From Octopus sinensis (Eukaryota), in contig NC_042999.1 of NCBI RefSeq assembly GCF_006345805.1, positions 87,358,001-87,422,000 on the forward strand: 64,000 bases of DNA, read 5' to 3'. Below, in pieces: positions 25,886-40,799 of the stretch. A model generated the notes under the pieces. It searched no databases, was not told the origin of the DNA, and saw only the letters and a list, made by a program, of their open reading frames with translations. Every line of letters starts with the position of its first letter. The stretch's first letter is position 1. Made by a program: the position numbers and the translations under genes.

Positions 25886-28800
25886 CTGTTATAGCAACCA
25901 CCAGGATGTGCAAGCGTACACGAAAAGAGTTGACAGAACAAAAAATATAACAAGATCACTTTACAAACCACTTCGTGATGGAAATGTACAGTAAGGTACT
26001 CAGCTAGGTAGCTGTATGCAATATATGAAGCTATGACCTTGGATTACACCTACTTCTACCAACTACCTACGTATTATAAATTAGTTTGATCAAAGATGGC
26101 CTAGCTCTTCATCAGTTACGACGACGAGTGTTCCTGTTGATTCGATCAACCAAACAGCCTACTCCTGAAATGAATGTGAAAATAGCTGAGAACTCCACAG
26201 ACACGTGCCTTTCATGTAGCTCTCAAGGAGATTCAGTGTGACACAAATTGTGACAAGGTGTAACTCATTTTTTGTCGGCTGAGTGAATTGGAGCAACGAG
26301 AAATAAAATGTCTTGCTTAAGGACACAACGCGTTGCCGGGAATCGAGCTTGCAATCCTGTGATCCTGAGCTGAATACCTTAACCACCAAGTCACGTGCCT
26401 TCACGATAAAAAGATAATTTGAATTTAAACAGAATCAACAACAGCTATTACCATTACAAAATGCCCTGAAAAAAGTCCTGATACTCTATGTAGATTCAAT
26501 TACAGATATCTAATGTGACTTCCACTTCTCACTATGAATATTTTTTATTATAGTATGAAACCCTACTTCAAAAAACAAAAACAAAACAAAACAAAATAAA
26601 ACAAACAAGCAAAAAATGATATCGTTAAGTTATTTATGTATGGGAAACTGTAAACTGTCAATAATGAATGTGCAATACTAGAGAGATACAATTGCTAGTA
26701 TCACTAAAAATCATATATCGTCATTCGTATGATAATTCACTGTCATATTTCTCTTAATTCAAAGCAATGTTTATTAAGATATACTCATTGTTTTATATTC
26801 CGTGTTAATAGAAAATTAACCGTCTATAATCTAAGTAGATTAGACTTTATTACAAAGTTTAGTTATTAGATAAAATAATAAACGGAGACAGTAAATCCCG
26901 GCAGAAAAAAGTAGACACGACATGACTCCGTCAGAATTCTGTATAGTTTGTTTAAATCGATAATATATGGAAAAATTCTCATGTTATCTTTGTCCAATCT
27001 TTATATCATCAAGATCGATAAAACGCAAGCTAAGTCACAAAACACTGATAGCTTGCAATCTATGTAATCGATGGAGAAGTAGAAAGAAGATAGAAGCACA
27101 GCAACGTAACTTTTCAACATAATATTAATAAATGAAACAAAGAAACTGAAAGGAATTCACAAGTTCTAGATACAGACAGACTGGAGTATAGTTTTTAATA
27201 AGAAAGGCAAACGAGAAGAAATAAAAAAATATCCTAAGCATTACAACGGATGTTCATGCCAGTTATTTTAAAATTCTATGAGTTGAAGTGGTGAAGTCAA
27301 TGACATCACTACTTCAAAATAACTTTTGTGTCTTCTTCCTGTTCATAATCACTTAAACTTAGATATCTACGCATTTCTCTACTACCTTGTTGTCCTGTCT
27401 AACATTGCTACCTGGGCCAACGAGGGAAACTCTACACAGTGAATTACCCGGCTAGAAATAGCAGCCAAATCTCCCGCGAATCGCATCTTACTGTCTGATG
27501 AAAGTAAAGTTATATTGGATGATGTTCTAGAAACATCATGACTGGAAAAAGACGGATTAGTCTCGGTTGTAACATCATTTATCACAAATCTGCTGGACCA
27601 GGGCTTGATGTAGAACTAAATATCGACAGCAAGAACAACAATACAATAACGATAATAATTTATATGAAGTTAATCGTCAAGTAGTGGTGATCTAAAGATG
27701 CACTAAAACTGTTGAAAAAGTTCCACAGAATTTTTCAACGGGTTTTTCTTATTTTTCTTATGGTAATGCTGGGTGTAGTAAGATGCTATTTTTGAAAGAC
27801 ACCATCCCATAGGAGACCCAGGATTTTTAATAAAGTAATAATACCCTTCTTAAAAGTTCTACAGAAAAAATGAATTAGGAATGCCACGTATTAAAGATAT
27901 GTTGTTCTAGGCGTATCGTCATTCAATAAAGAAGGGAAAAGAAAAATGGTCGAAAAGAATCATCGTCCTCGTCGTCATCATCACAATCATCACCATCATC
28001 GTTATCATCACCACCACCATCATCATCATTGCCATTAACAATATGAATCCTTTAGTCCTTGAAGTCAGTTAATGCACCACTACAAATAAAAGAACTCATG
28101 CTGATAGTGAGGGAAGGAGACAAGAGCATAACAGGCCTATCATGTAGTCTAGTCTGACAACTTTACAGCAATGACAATCGAGTTTTGTTCGCTTTGCTAG
28201 TGAATCGATTTTTAGTGATAAAATATTTTAGCGATGCGGACATCAGCTGTAGCAATGAATTGTTTTGAGAAGTAATTCTTGGAGTCAGTATTGTTCGGGT
28301 CGATATAGTCTAAATATAATCATCCGAAAACTAAAATTCTAATTTAAGACCATTATCAGGATGCTTTGGGGAGAAATATATTCTTCGTTACTTCTGGGTA
28401 ATTGAGAATACAATTAAAATTCTTGCCAAAACAACACAAGTTAACTGAAATTTTCTCCAAAGTTCTTCCTAAATTAGATTAGATTAATCAATACAATTTT
28501 TATCTGAGCCAGTAATGGCGTATCTGACATAATTCAATATTTTCTGTAACTGTAGTCTTATCTTAACACGTCGGCTAGTCACATATACGATTATCTGCAA
28601 AGTTTCAAATATTTATTTAGATAGCTACATATATAACATACACAACACCTGAAAATTGCTGCAGCATATAAATTTTCACATATTTATATGAATTTTAGAC
28701 ATTATCAGTAAGATGTCACTTCTGAACACAAATTCTATTTATCTAACATTTTTATTTCTGTTTCCTAAACATATAATTACTATCTTAGTCACCGAACATA

Positions 28801-29584
28801 TAAACATATAAGCACTGTCACAGCTTTCTGGCATATAACGAACATTGCAGCCTCATGCAGCCTATAAACTTTATTAGTGAGAAATTTAATCAATATTTAT
28901 GCAAAATATACTCTATAAGCATTATCGGGGTCAGGAAATATTTACATTATAAATATTATCAATGCCAGTGGACTTTCATTAACAGCATCTTAGAAATAAC
29001 GATAGTTCCGCGGAAGAATTTGTATTAGTCTGCGAATGTTCCCATCTCCCAGTAGTAATTGATGGAAGGATATAATTCATAAAATAGCCAATACCAAATA
29101 GTAATGTGGGAGTCTGCCTTATATTGGAGCCATTCCGAACATTATACTATAATACACTACACTTCTAGACTAATGCACTATACTATTCTTACTACATAAT
29201 ATTGCATATCAATAAAAACTCAACACTACCTAAAAGCTGACGGTAGTCTGTATTTTCTATTTATCTAGCCTATAACAATGTGCAATACTTACAGTGGTAT
29301 CATTCTATTGGGACTTTCATTGCTAATATAAGCAAATTCGACGTAGTGGATGTGTCTTACATGTGAACTATTGTTTTGTTTTATTTTGGGTGTGAAAAAC
29401 TAATGCTTTTTTTCTTTTTTAGTCACTAACGCTTTGTGTCTCATCTTCACTGTATCAAACCCTAACAACCACATTTATTGGTTGTTGACGCCACTGAATC
29501 TAGTTTTTTTGTCTCAATGCTCAAAACCGTGAAAATCCCCAGAGAGCTGAAGAGGGGCATTTTTCGTTTGTTGTAATCGTTTCG

Positions 29585-29626
<42 letters not shown>

Positions 29627-30351
29627 CACACATTGTCTGTGGCTATCGAATGTTTTCTTCTCCAAAATAGTGTAGCTCGGCATGCAGTAATCAATGTGTC
29701 TTTGTTTATACGCTTGTGTATAATTTGTAGAGGTGTTGGTTGCACTTCTAGCAAGTCAAGCGACCCCAGAGAGGCTTTTTGTTTAGAAGCAAGAGAAGTT
29801 AGCAATAGAGCTTTTAAAACAAGTGCCTGTCTTTGTATATAGATGTCCCCATCACTAACACTCCTAGCAATACAAAATGGGGACAGACTGGAGAAGCCCA
29901 AGCTTAAACAAGCTTTTTATTTATATTTCATAATACAGATTTTATATATATACAGACCATGAAAATAGCGTTAGTGTAGTTTCGCGTGACGTGTAACTTT
30001 CACTTTTGGAACAACAAAAGGAACCTTGAATCTAGGTTAGAAACCGGCTCTTTTTCTATTGAGAATAAATCTTGAAATAAAACTGAACAATGACATACAT
30101 ACATACATACATACATACATACATACATACATACATACATACATACATACATACACATTTATACACATGGATATGCACAAACATATACACATACATAAAC
30201 ATTCAAGAAATTTAGCATGTAATAAAATCTACAAATACAATGATCCATGCTTGTGTGTGTGTGTAGGTGTATACATAGATACATACATACATACATTCAT
30301 GCATACATACATACATACATACATACATTCATGCATACATGCATACATATA

Positions 30352-30407
<56 letters not shown>

Positions 30408-30759
30408 ATATATATGTATATATATAATATATATGTATATATATATAATGCATGCATAAATATGTTCCATTTGTTCCATGTAGTTGATTGGACTGCTTTA
30501 TGTAACAACCAAATTTCCTCCAATAAAACTAATTACTACTGTAAAGCTGAGGACCATCTGTTTTATGATACAGATGTTAGGATAACTAATCTGAAAGAAA
30601 GTCAAAGGGGATTACGACTGGAATATCATTGAGATTCAGTTAGTTCTGTGAACTGGCTCTGATGTTAAATAGAGATACTCAAGAATAAACTTCAGACATA
30701 AATAACAACAATACGAACTATAACAACAAAGAAAATTACATTGACAGCATATACGATGA

Positions 30760-30804
30760 TGACAAAATGACAGAGGGGAAGGAAGAGGAGAAGAAAGAGA
30801 ATGT

Positions 30805-30847
<43 letters not shown>

Positions 30848-31028
30848 ATAAGGGCAACAATGATAGTAACGACATCGATGATGATGACGACGAAGATGAT
30901 GATGGTTGTGGCAATGATGATGTTGATGATGATGATGATGATGATGACGATGATGGTGATGACGACGACGATGATGACGACAATAATGATGATGAAGACA
31001 ATAATGATGTATGACGATCTTGATGATA

Positions 31029-31094
<66 letters not shown>

Positions 31095-31891
31095 CTACGA
31101 GGACGATGGTAATGATAATAATGATGATGATGATGATGATGATGATGATGGTGAGGAGGAGGACAACGCTGATGATGAGAATTATGTGATGACGATGATA
31201 ACTACGACGGCGACGGAGATGATGGTGGTGATGATGATGATGATGATGATGATGATGACGACGACGACGACGACGATGATGATGATTATAAATGGCACTC
31301 GTCAACATCATCGTCCATACCGCTTTTACAAATTTGCCAATAAACTCTGTCAAAAGTCAGCATCTGCAGTAAAGCTATCACGATGTTGATTAGCACAGAC
31401 CATCACAATTACGACTACTACCACCAAAACCACAACCACAACTGGCACCTCTCCCTCCATCATCACACCCACCTCCTCCTCCACCGCCAAAACCATCACC
31501 ACCACCACCACTCAGACACACAACCACCACCACAATCAACTACACAGTCAATACCATCACAACCACAATAACCACAACACTTACCAGAACCACAAAGACA
31601 ACCACTATCATAACTACCACCACCACCACCATTACCACAACAACAACAACGACCACCATGACTATCACAACGACTTCTGCAAGCCTCATCACGAGCATCT
31701 TTATCATCATCGCCAGCAATTGCATTTATACCACTGCTATCACTAACGCTACCAAAGCCATATTCCAATTCTTCTTCATCTTCCTCCTCTGCCTCATCAT
31801 CATCATCGTCATCATAATCATCATCATCATCATCATCATCATCAATCACCACCACAACCATCATCATCATCATCATCACCATCATCATCAT

Positions 31892-31926
<35 letters not shown>

Positions 31927-31930
31927 ACCA
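30760..31930. repeat. Compound trinucleotide block: (GAT/GAC)n arm followed by a (CAC/CAT)n arm
   Basis: Direct reading; source of the poly-D/M/H/S ORFs. Confidence 0.9.
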
Positions 31931-32377
31931 TGCGAACAACGCTAACATCACCGAAATGCCTAATCAGCTGCATCAGTTGGTATACGACTGCAATTGTCTC
32001 TGTTAGTTCCAATGTTGGGCACCGTCACCTTTACTGCAAGCCTGGTCCGTAGCGCTAGCACTGCAGCTTTTGCTGTGTTCTTGCAAAAAAAAAAACAAAA
32101 AAAAAAAACAGTTGCAACGGCAAGATTTCCGAGACGATAACAAATTCTATTCATCAGCCAGTTATGTGCACTAAATATTTGATAAGGAAATGAATCTTAG
32201 TTCACATAACCAGCTAACGATCGGAATTGTACTCTAATCTTCTTGCCGGTCTCCTGGATCTAGGGTAGATACATAGGTATGTATGAAGGTAGGTTAAATA
32301 GTTGATATGATGATAGGTAGATAGATGGATGGATAGAGACAAAAGGATAGACAGATAGATATACATACACGCACAAC

Positions 32378-32419
<42 letters not shown>

Positions 32420-32808
32420 ACAGAGAGAGAGAGAGAGACATAGATAGACATTTTAGTAATTTAGTATTTAATGAAATCCACATACGCAATGATATTAAAG
32501 CCAGCACCCATGTGTACACGTGTACGTACATATGTATATGCATGTATATGCAGGCATACATACATACATACATACATACATACATACATACATACATACA
32601 TACATACATGCATACATGCATACATACATACATACATACATACATACATGCATACATACATACATACATACATGCATACATACATACATACAAGACTACC
32701 CTACTAATGTCTAAATTCCAGGGAAAGAATCTTGTTTCTAGACCAGAACAAGACTAGAAATCGGCTGTTTCTCCATTGGTGAAAAGTTTGAAGAATAAGA
32801 CTAACACA

Positions 32809-32867
<59 letters not shown>

Positions 32868-33651
32868 GCACGCATGTGCACACTAACACGCACACATTCA
32901 TGGATATTTTGTTTGGCTGGAACTGTGGAAATTTTAAAGTTTGGAGAAAATTTTTAAATTTGGTTTAGTGATGTAATTTTCCACGCTAAATCTCAGAAGC
33001 TAAATCCTCTTTTCCAGAAAAAAAGTATTAAAACAAGTTACAGATGTTTAAAATTTGATAATTTTTACCCAATCAGAATGCAAGATTTGGAAGCTGTCAT
33101 TTTGTGCGTGACTGTACGTGTTGTAAACTATAAACAAATGAAATATTGGTGGAATTGTGCATTGCGCACGCCATTTAGCTCCTCGTAGCTGTTTCATTCA
33201 GAGGAATTTTTAGAAAATTTTTGCGAACTTGTATTCTACACACGAGAATTCATATGATTATGTAAAAAAACCAAAAAAAAAAAAAAAAAAAATGATGGGT
33301 GATTTAAGGTCTATTTAGCTATTAGTTTCAGTACATTTCACGACTACCTCATATCTTATGTGTTTTAAGCAGTTAATAAGCGATAGATGACTACGTGGGC
33401 TAGCAGATTGGTAACGGCTTGGCTTGTTATTATGGAAACAGGCACCTATATGTCTGTGGTTTACAACTAACTAAAATTACCCCAAATTTGCAAACTTTAA
33501 AAGTTATTAACTCTTTATGTATTGGTTTACGGTGAAAATGAATTTCATGTCAATGATTACCATACAAAACTTCACCAATATACCAAATATGAAATCAACT
33601 AGAACAAAAATTGAAGAAATTGAAAAGTGACAGCAATAGAAAAGTTCCACA

Positions 33652-33702
<51 letters not shown>

Positions 33703-34187
33703 TCATCATACACATAGTCACATACAACCGACATTCACAATACACAAAAACAAATTTAACAATCAAACCAGTTTCAATGCTGAATACTTAATAGCCTCTT
33801 TGAAAGAGGAACAAACCATTGTACATGCGTCAATGATCCCGGTCTATGAATGAATTTCATGTTTATTTCAATACACGTGCTGTATCTGTTTTTGAAAATA
33901 AGACAATCACTAATCACTGGTATTGATTTCTCCTTGTACTACTACGAACATTAATATTATAATATTAATGCATAGTTTTTAGTTTTATTATATTTGTTGG
34001 TGAAGTATTTCGTTTGTTTGTTCAGTTCCTTTTTATTTACAAAATATGTGTTTATGACGTATATGTATACACGCACACACATACATGCATATACATATAT
34101 ATGTATGCATGTGTACATATATTATATGTACTGTATGTGTATGTATGAATGTGTCTGTATATATATATTATATATATATATATATAT

Positions 34188-34230
<43 letters not shown>

Positions 34231-34356
34231 CATATGTATGCATGTCTACCTATATGTATAGGTAGACATACATATGCATGCATGTCTACATATATGTATA
34301 TGTTATATATGTGTATGCAAGAATGCATGTGTGTATATATATATTATTGTATATAA

Positions 34357-34400
<44 letters not shown>

Positions 34401-34402
<2 letters not shown>

Positions 34403-35160
34403 TTGCCGTCAATTCATTCTCTCTTACCTGTTTGTGTCTGCCTTCCAATTGCTGTGTTTTTACTGAGATCTCCCTTTTTAGTAGAAGAAATAGCTATAAC
34501 TCTTTGACTGCTATTTCTAAATTCGGTATGTGGTAAGGCAATTCGTTGCTAAACCCTTTATTGCTTAGTATTACTTAAATTTTCCTCGAATGAGGCTTTT
34601 ACATGCCGAAGACTACTTGGTGTAATTGATAATTATTCCAAATTAATTAATTTCACCCTCATTATTACGGATAACCATATTTTATCTCAGTAGATGACCA
34701 CAGCATCTTGTTTTGGCTACACGCGGGTGGGAAGGGGCTGGTGACACAATCTTTTCATTCACACTTTGAATTTGGTGATACTAGTTGCGGATTCTAGCTC
34801 GCTCTGATACTGAGTTGAGTTGGTGCCTTCTAGTATCTCAAAATTCAATATATAATCATTTATGATTATAGTATTCTACGCTGAAGAGAAAAGAAGTTTG
34901 GGTAAGGTAGAATTATTTGATATTTAATTCTTATGCTTTCCTAAAAACTTGATTTCGAAACGTGCGTCCGTAGATAACTTAAAATTGTATGATAGATTGC
35001 CGTCAATTCATTCTCTCTTACCTGTTTGTGTCTGCCTTCCAATTGCTGTGTTTTTACTGAGATCTCCCTTTTTAGTAGAAGAAATAGCTATAACTCTTTG
35101 ACTGCTATTTCTAAATTCGGTATGTGGTAAGGCAATTCGTTGCTAAACCCTTTATTGCTT
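34401..35160 (+). mobile_element. Young non-coding retrozyme-like element: 594-bp unit present 1.28 times (identical 166-bp direct repeats 34401-34566 and 34995-35160), inserted in (TA)n
   Basis: The two repeats are identical by direct comparison, lack TG...CA ends, have no ORF of 60 aa or more, and flank an intact hammerhead. Confidence 0.85.
34875..34974 (+). ncRNA. Canonical type I hammerhead ribozyme
   Basis: TCTACG-CTGAAGA-GAAA...TTTC-GAAA-CGTGCG-TC-CGTAGA. Stem I is a perfect 6 bp. Stem II is long (AAGTTT/AAACTT, AGAATTA/TAATTCT). GUC site; predicted cut after 34968. Confidence 0.88.
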
Positions 35161-35164
35161 ATAT

Positions 35165-35211
<47 letters not shown>

Positions 35212-35299
35212 TATATGTGTGTGTGTGTGTATGTATATATATATGTATATATCTGTATGCATATATGTGTATATACATACATACATACATACATACATC

Positions 35300-35343
<44 letters not shown>

Positions 35344-36650
35344 TATATATATAAGATATATATATATATATATATATATGCACGAATACATACATGGTTT
35401 CCCTTTTTGCAAAACGTAATTTATGATGGTTCTACAATGTGATACTTGAGTTATTTAAACAGACTTATCACTAAGCTATGAAATTCTAAACTAGCCAGGA
35501 TATGTACACTCGCGCAAACATTCCCCACACCCTCAAACACATATACACGCACGGATATGCGCACGTGTCTGTACATATATAAACATGTGCGCACTTGCTT
35601 GCATATGTCTGTGCGTTTTAACATATTTGAACATGTTTTATACACGTATATATGTATATTTGTCTGATCTACTTGCGTACACACACACACACACACGCAG
35701 AAACACACACTCATACACACACGGCTAGAAATGTTTTTGTGCATATATATGAGAACGTATACACAAACAGTGAAGAGCAGTTCTTTCAATAGATAGTCAC
35801 GTCAATTATTCTGACATGCTCCCCTCATTAGAACTGGAATGAGAAATGTATTCCTTGCCGAGCAGAAACGCTAACAGAATAGTGAAAGCCAAAGTTCCAT
35901 TGAACTAAAATTATACTGCATTACTCACAATTCTTGTACATTAGTCGTTTCGTGCTTGTCAAATCTAATTCTGCAAACAACCGGATGATTCTGCGTAACT
36001 ATATCCTCTATATCCAAAGCGCAAAATCCAACGGTTGGAAAAATCCTCAGATCTGCCACGAAGATCAATGATTCTAGTGAAGTTCACTTTAATTGTGTTG
36101 TAAGCTCCCGAAGAAAGCAATATAATAAGGAAACTACTACATTGCTTTCCTAAGGAGCTACATGAATAAACACAGCTTATGTATACCAGTTCTGGGCCTC
36201 TCAAGATCTGTGGGCTTCTCGGACAGCTACCTAGTATGTCTATGTAGAGTGATTGACTTTTATTCCATACTCACTTCCAGACTTCCCCTCCAGAACACTT
36301 GCTGGTGAAGTAGCGAGCTTGACAGAACTGCTCTTTGTGTTTTCTACCGTGATATGGGTTCATCTGGTACTACAGATAAAACTGTGTCCAAATTTTCTTT
36401 GAAAACATCCATATCTACACCTCACGGATCTCTCTGTCTTCTACTCTCTTTCCCGCTCTCTCTGTGTCTCTCTCTCTTCCTATCTTTCTCCCCTCTCTCT
36501 GTATATACATACGTACATACATACATACATATCTACCTACCTACCTACCTACCTACCTACCTACATACATACATACATACATACCTAACTAGCTAGAAGC
36601 TACCTACCTACCTACCTACATACATACATACCTATCTATCTATCTATCTG

Positions 36651-36739
<89 letters not shown>

Positions 36740-36740
36740 G

Positions 36741-36771
<31 letters not shown>

Positions 36772-36829
36772 ATATATAATATATATTATATATGTATATG
36801 TATACATACATATATATATATATATAATA

Positions 36830-36873
<44 letters not shown>

Positions 36874-36939
36874 TGACGGGCATTCACATAGTTTCAGTCA
36901 ATAAAATTCATTCATAAAGTATTAACCGACATGGAGCTA

Positions 36940-37290
36940 TAGTATATTTATGCGCAACTGTAACCACGAACACGAACCAACTACTATATTTACATGTATA
37001 AGATCTACAGCAAACCAGTTTAATGCACGATACAACCAATACACGCACACTTTTCGCAACACAAACAGGAAGAGTGATATGCCACTATCCACACACATGG
37101 ACATTAGAATTAAAAATACTCCATTTAGCTTCATTTGGTAAATAGTCTCCCTCGCACAACCATACTGAGGTAACTACAAACCCTGCCAATTTTGTACTAA
37201 TGAGCAACATTCTAACATTCATAGACCAGATTCTGAACAGAAACTCTGAACTAGTCTCGCCATGCAAGCACAAAATCTCAAAAACACTAA
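36940..37290 (+). mobile_element. Penelope-like element, GIY-YIG endonuclease C-terminal remnant
   Basis: Broken frames read STANQFNARYNQYTHTFRN...LSTH[I]W.L...F.W and C.[L]C.NE...LNRNSELVSPC.H, typical of the PLE endonuclease tail. A degenerate hammerhead-like tail lies near 37705-37760. Confidence 0.65.
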
Positions 37291-38432
37291 AGCATTTTAA
37301 ACCAATAATTTTTTCTGACGGCTGAACATGTTAATATCTCACCAACTCCCTCCACCCGCCTACACCATAAATTATCTTTATAACATTCATAAAACACACT
37401 TTTCCAGCTTTACACTAAACAAATATTCTAGAAATTATCTAGAAGTTTCTCTCCAACAAGAATTCCCACAAAATATTTTCTAGTATACTACTACAAACTT
37501 ACATTCGCATACATGAAATATATATTTGTATTCAAGCAAGTTGGAAGACATCTTTCTTTTTTAATTAATACTTCTTCTTTTCTTTTTTAATTTCAAATTT
37601 TGAAATTTTTAATTTTTAAACCTTTTTTAAAAAATTAAACTGAAGTTTATTTTCATTCCCATTTTTATACATGAAAAATATAAATACGTAAACCCACTTT
37701 CGCATATATCCAGAGGCCTAAAATAATACATTATGGAATAGTCACGTTCGAAACAGGATGGAAGAAATATTTATAAACCCACAAACTGTACCGCTATAAA
37801 ATACAAGGGTTAAAATCTCTATATACTAACCAAAATGCATATAGAACAATGAATACTTAAAGAGAAACATATAAACTAATAAATTTAACACCTACTCAAA
37901 TTATTTCGGGAACATCAAAGCGCAATTAAAACAAATTTCTGTACTAAAACCATGACCTGCCTGATAATAACCCCTACCATCCAAATGAAAAAAGGAAATA
38001 TTCTATGCAACAATAACAAATAAAGAAACTAGCCAGCTAAAACTTACTACGTACATTCTTTTGTGAACCCCCTAGAAACTGTAGTGAAGAAGTGGATCAA
38101 AGAACAGTCAAGAGAATTTTATGTGGCAAGGATTATTACCAAGTTGCATAGCATTACTTTTAATTCTAATGTAATCTCTTGCTATTTACAAATATATATA
38201 TATATTTATGTATTTGTGTTCACACACACACACACATATATATATATATAGATGTATATAACGCATTTATGTATGTATACATAAACATATCAATATATAT
38301 GCTCATAATTGCTTCAAATTTTGGTACAAGGCCAGTACTTTTGCGTAAGAGGGATTGTTGATTAAATCTATCCCAATGTTCAACTGCTACTTATTTTATC
38401 GACTCAGAAGCAATGAAAGAATAATAACAATA

Positions 38433-38962
38433 ATGCCCTGATGCAGTACCAAGCAGTGGCTCTCGTGGCTTAACTGATTGGAAGTGTTATCGTATACATT
38501 GTTTTGTCTTGGTGTAAAAGACGAGCTACAGCAAATATTCTGCTCAATACCACAGATTTGCTTGTCGGTTTCTTGACCTTAACCAGTTGAGCATGTCCCT
38601 TAGTGGCTGACGATATGAGCATCTCTGATCATGAGCAGACGTAGTGAGGGAGCATCATAGCCATGTGTTGGGAGGAATTCTTTGGGATTTGGATAATTCC
38701 CCTTTGGAAACATGGCTGTTTTGTTCAACATCCTTAAACAACCCTTATTTAGGGATCTTTTGAGCAGGATGGGCTATTCGACATGAAGAAAATTCTAGCT
38801 GGACCCCACCTGCAAGGTCATGCGCTTTAATTTTGATATGAGATCACCAAGTCGTGCACATATAGTGGTGTACCCTTATCAGACGGGTAGTCATGATGGG
38901 TATACTGGGTCTCGTATAATTTATGCCAGTGTCACTTTGATGGCCTGCACTGCTCTCTCACT
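38433..38962 (+). mobile_element. Non-coding interspersed element embedded in (AAT)n, copy 2
   Basis: Same family as 9323-9880 in the opposite orientation. Preceded by aataataacaata and followed by an (AAT)n array. Confidence 0.8.
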
Positions 38963-38964
38963 TG

Positions 38965-39042
<78 letters not shown>

Positions 39043-39426
39043 CAGCAACAGCAATAATGATAAAAATCGGAAAAAAATTTTTAATACACTCAGTACTTTT
39101 TCAACCACAAATTTCAAATAAAACAAACCAATGTAATCTACCCACGCATCTCCAGCTTGATAAATCTGTTATCGTCTGCATCTCACTTTAGTTGAAGTGT
39201 TTATCTGGTTTACTGGGACAGTTACCTCGATTCATAATTGTCTCATAGGGTTTCACTCAACAACATAGCATCTAGAGATATGTTATTTTTATGCTAAAAT
39301 TTAACATAAGAAGATATTTCACCTTGGTATAATGAATAGATCAGAAGTAACAAAACTAGCATGGTTAAAGACGGTTAAGATAAGTGTGTGTATATCTCTA
39401 ACTGTTAAATTGCCTGTTAGAATGCG

Positions 39427-39549
<123 letters not shown>

Positions 39550-39761
39550 GTGTGTGTGTGTGTGTGTATAAGTGCCTTCTGCTATACCCTCGAGTCGACC
39601 AAACCTTGTGAGTGAATGTGGTAGACGGAAACTGAAAGACGCCTGTCGTACATGTCCTTTTATTTTATTCTTTTACTTGTTTCAGGCATTTGACGTAAAC
39701 ACACCAATATCAGTTGTCAAGCGACGGTGGTGGGGACAAACACTGACACACCAACATATAC

Positions 39762-39844
<83 letters not shown>

Positions 39845-39900
39845 GTATATGTATGTATATATATATATATATGTATATGTATATATATATATGTATACAT

Positions 39901-39958
<58 letters not shown>

Positions 39959-39974
39959 CTATATACCTATGTGT

Positions 39975-40185
39975 GTCTTTGTGTCTGTTTGCCCCCCCCC
40001 CCCGCCATCACCGCTTGATAATCGGTACTGGGGTGTCTACGTCCCCGTAACTTAGCGGCTCGGCAAACGATACCTATAATAAGTACCACGCTTAAAAAAT
40101 AAGTGCTGGAGTCGACTAAAATCCTTCAAAGTGGTGCTCCAGCGTGGCCGCAGTCAAATGACTGAAACACGTAAAAGAATAAAAA
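39975..40185 (+). mobile_element. SINE-like element with a CR1-derived 3' tail (further copies ~50190-50400 and ~61712-61905, minus strand)
   Basis: 3' end ggtgctccagcgtggccgcagtcaaatgactgaaacacgtaaaagaataaaa resembles the CR1 3' end at ~25140-25210. Confidence 0.65.
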
Positions 40186-40221
40186 TTATATGCGTATGTA
40201 TATACATGTGTGTGTGTGTGT

Positions 40222-40255
<34 letters not shown>

Positions 40256-40673
40256 AGCGAGTTAGCTCACACACACACACACACATGTTGGATAAAATGC
40301 TTAGAGGCATTTCTTCTTGCTCTTTACGTTCTGAGTTCAAATTCTACCGGAGTCAATTTTGTCTTTCATACTTTCGGGGTTGATGAAATAATTACTAGAT
40401 GAATACTTGGGTTGATGTCATCAACTAGATCCCTCCTGCAAACTTTCAGGACTTGAGCTGGCAGAATCGTTAGCACACTGGGCGAAATGCCTAGCGAGAT
40501 TTCGTCCTTGTTTACATTCTGAGTTCAAATTCGGCCGAGGTCGACTTTGCCTTTCTTCTTTCTTGGTCGATAAATTATGTACCAGTCAAATACTGGGGAT
40601 GATGTGATAGATTGTTCCCCTCCCCACAAAAATCCGGGCTTTGTGCTTATAGTAGAAAGGATTATTATTATTA

Positions 40674-40734
<61 letters not shown>

Positions 40735-40799
40735 ATTATTATTAAGTTTTATATTCTTCCATCATCTGGTTATGAGACTTCTGTAAACATATACAATAT

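Noticed and set aside
29650-29900. Minus-strand acceptors as alternative AChE terminal exons
   Set aside because: Phase-1 joins give immediate stops or short peptides with no T-like or GPI-like pattern.
31960-32110. Strong poly-T tract on the minus strand followed by several AGs
   Set aside because: The first AG gives an immediate TAA and the second a peptide (SKAAVLALRTRL...) without anchor or oligomerisation features. It is likely a poly-A retro-tail.
34401-35160. Classical LTR retrotransposon or TRIM interpretation
   Set aside because: No TG...CA termini, primer-binding site or 4-6-bp TSD were recognisable, and the internal hammerhead favours a retrozyme/PLE origin.
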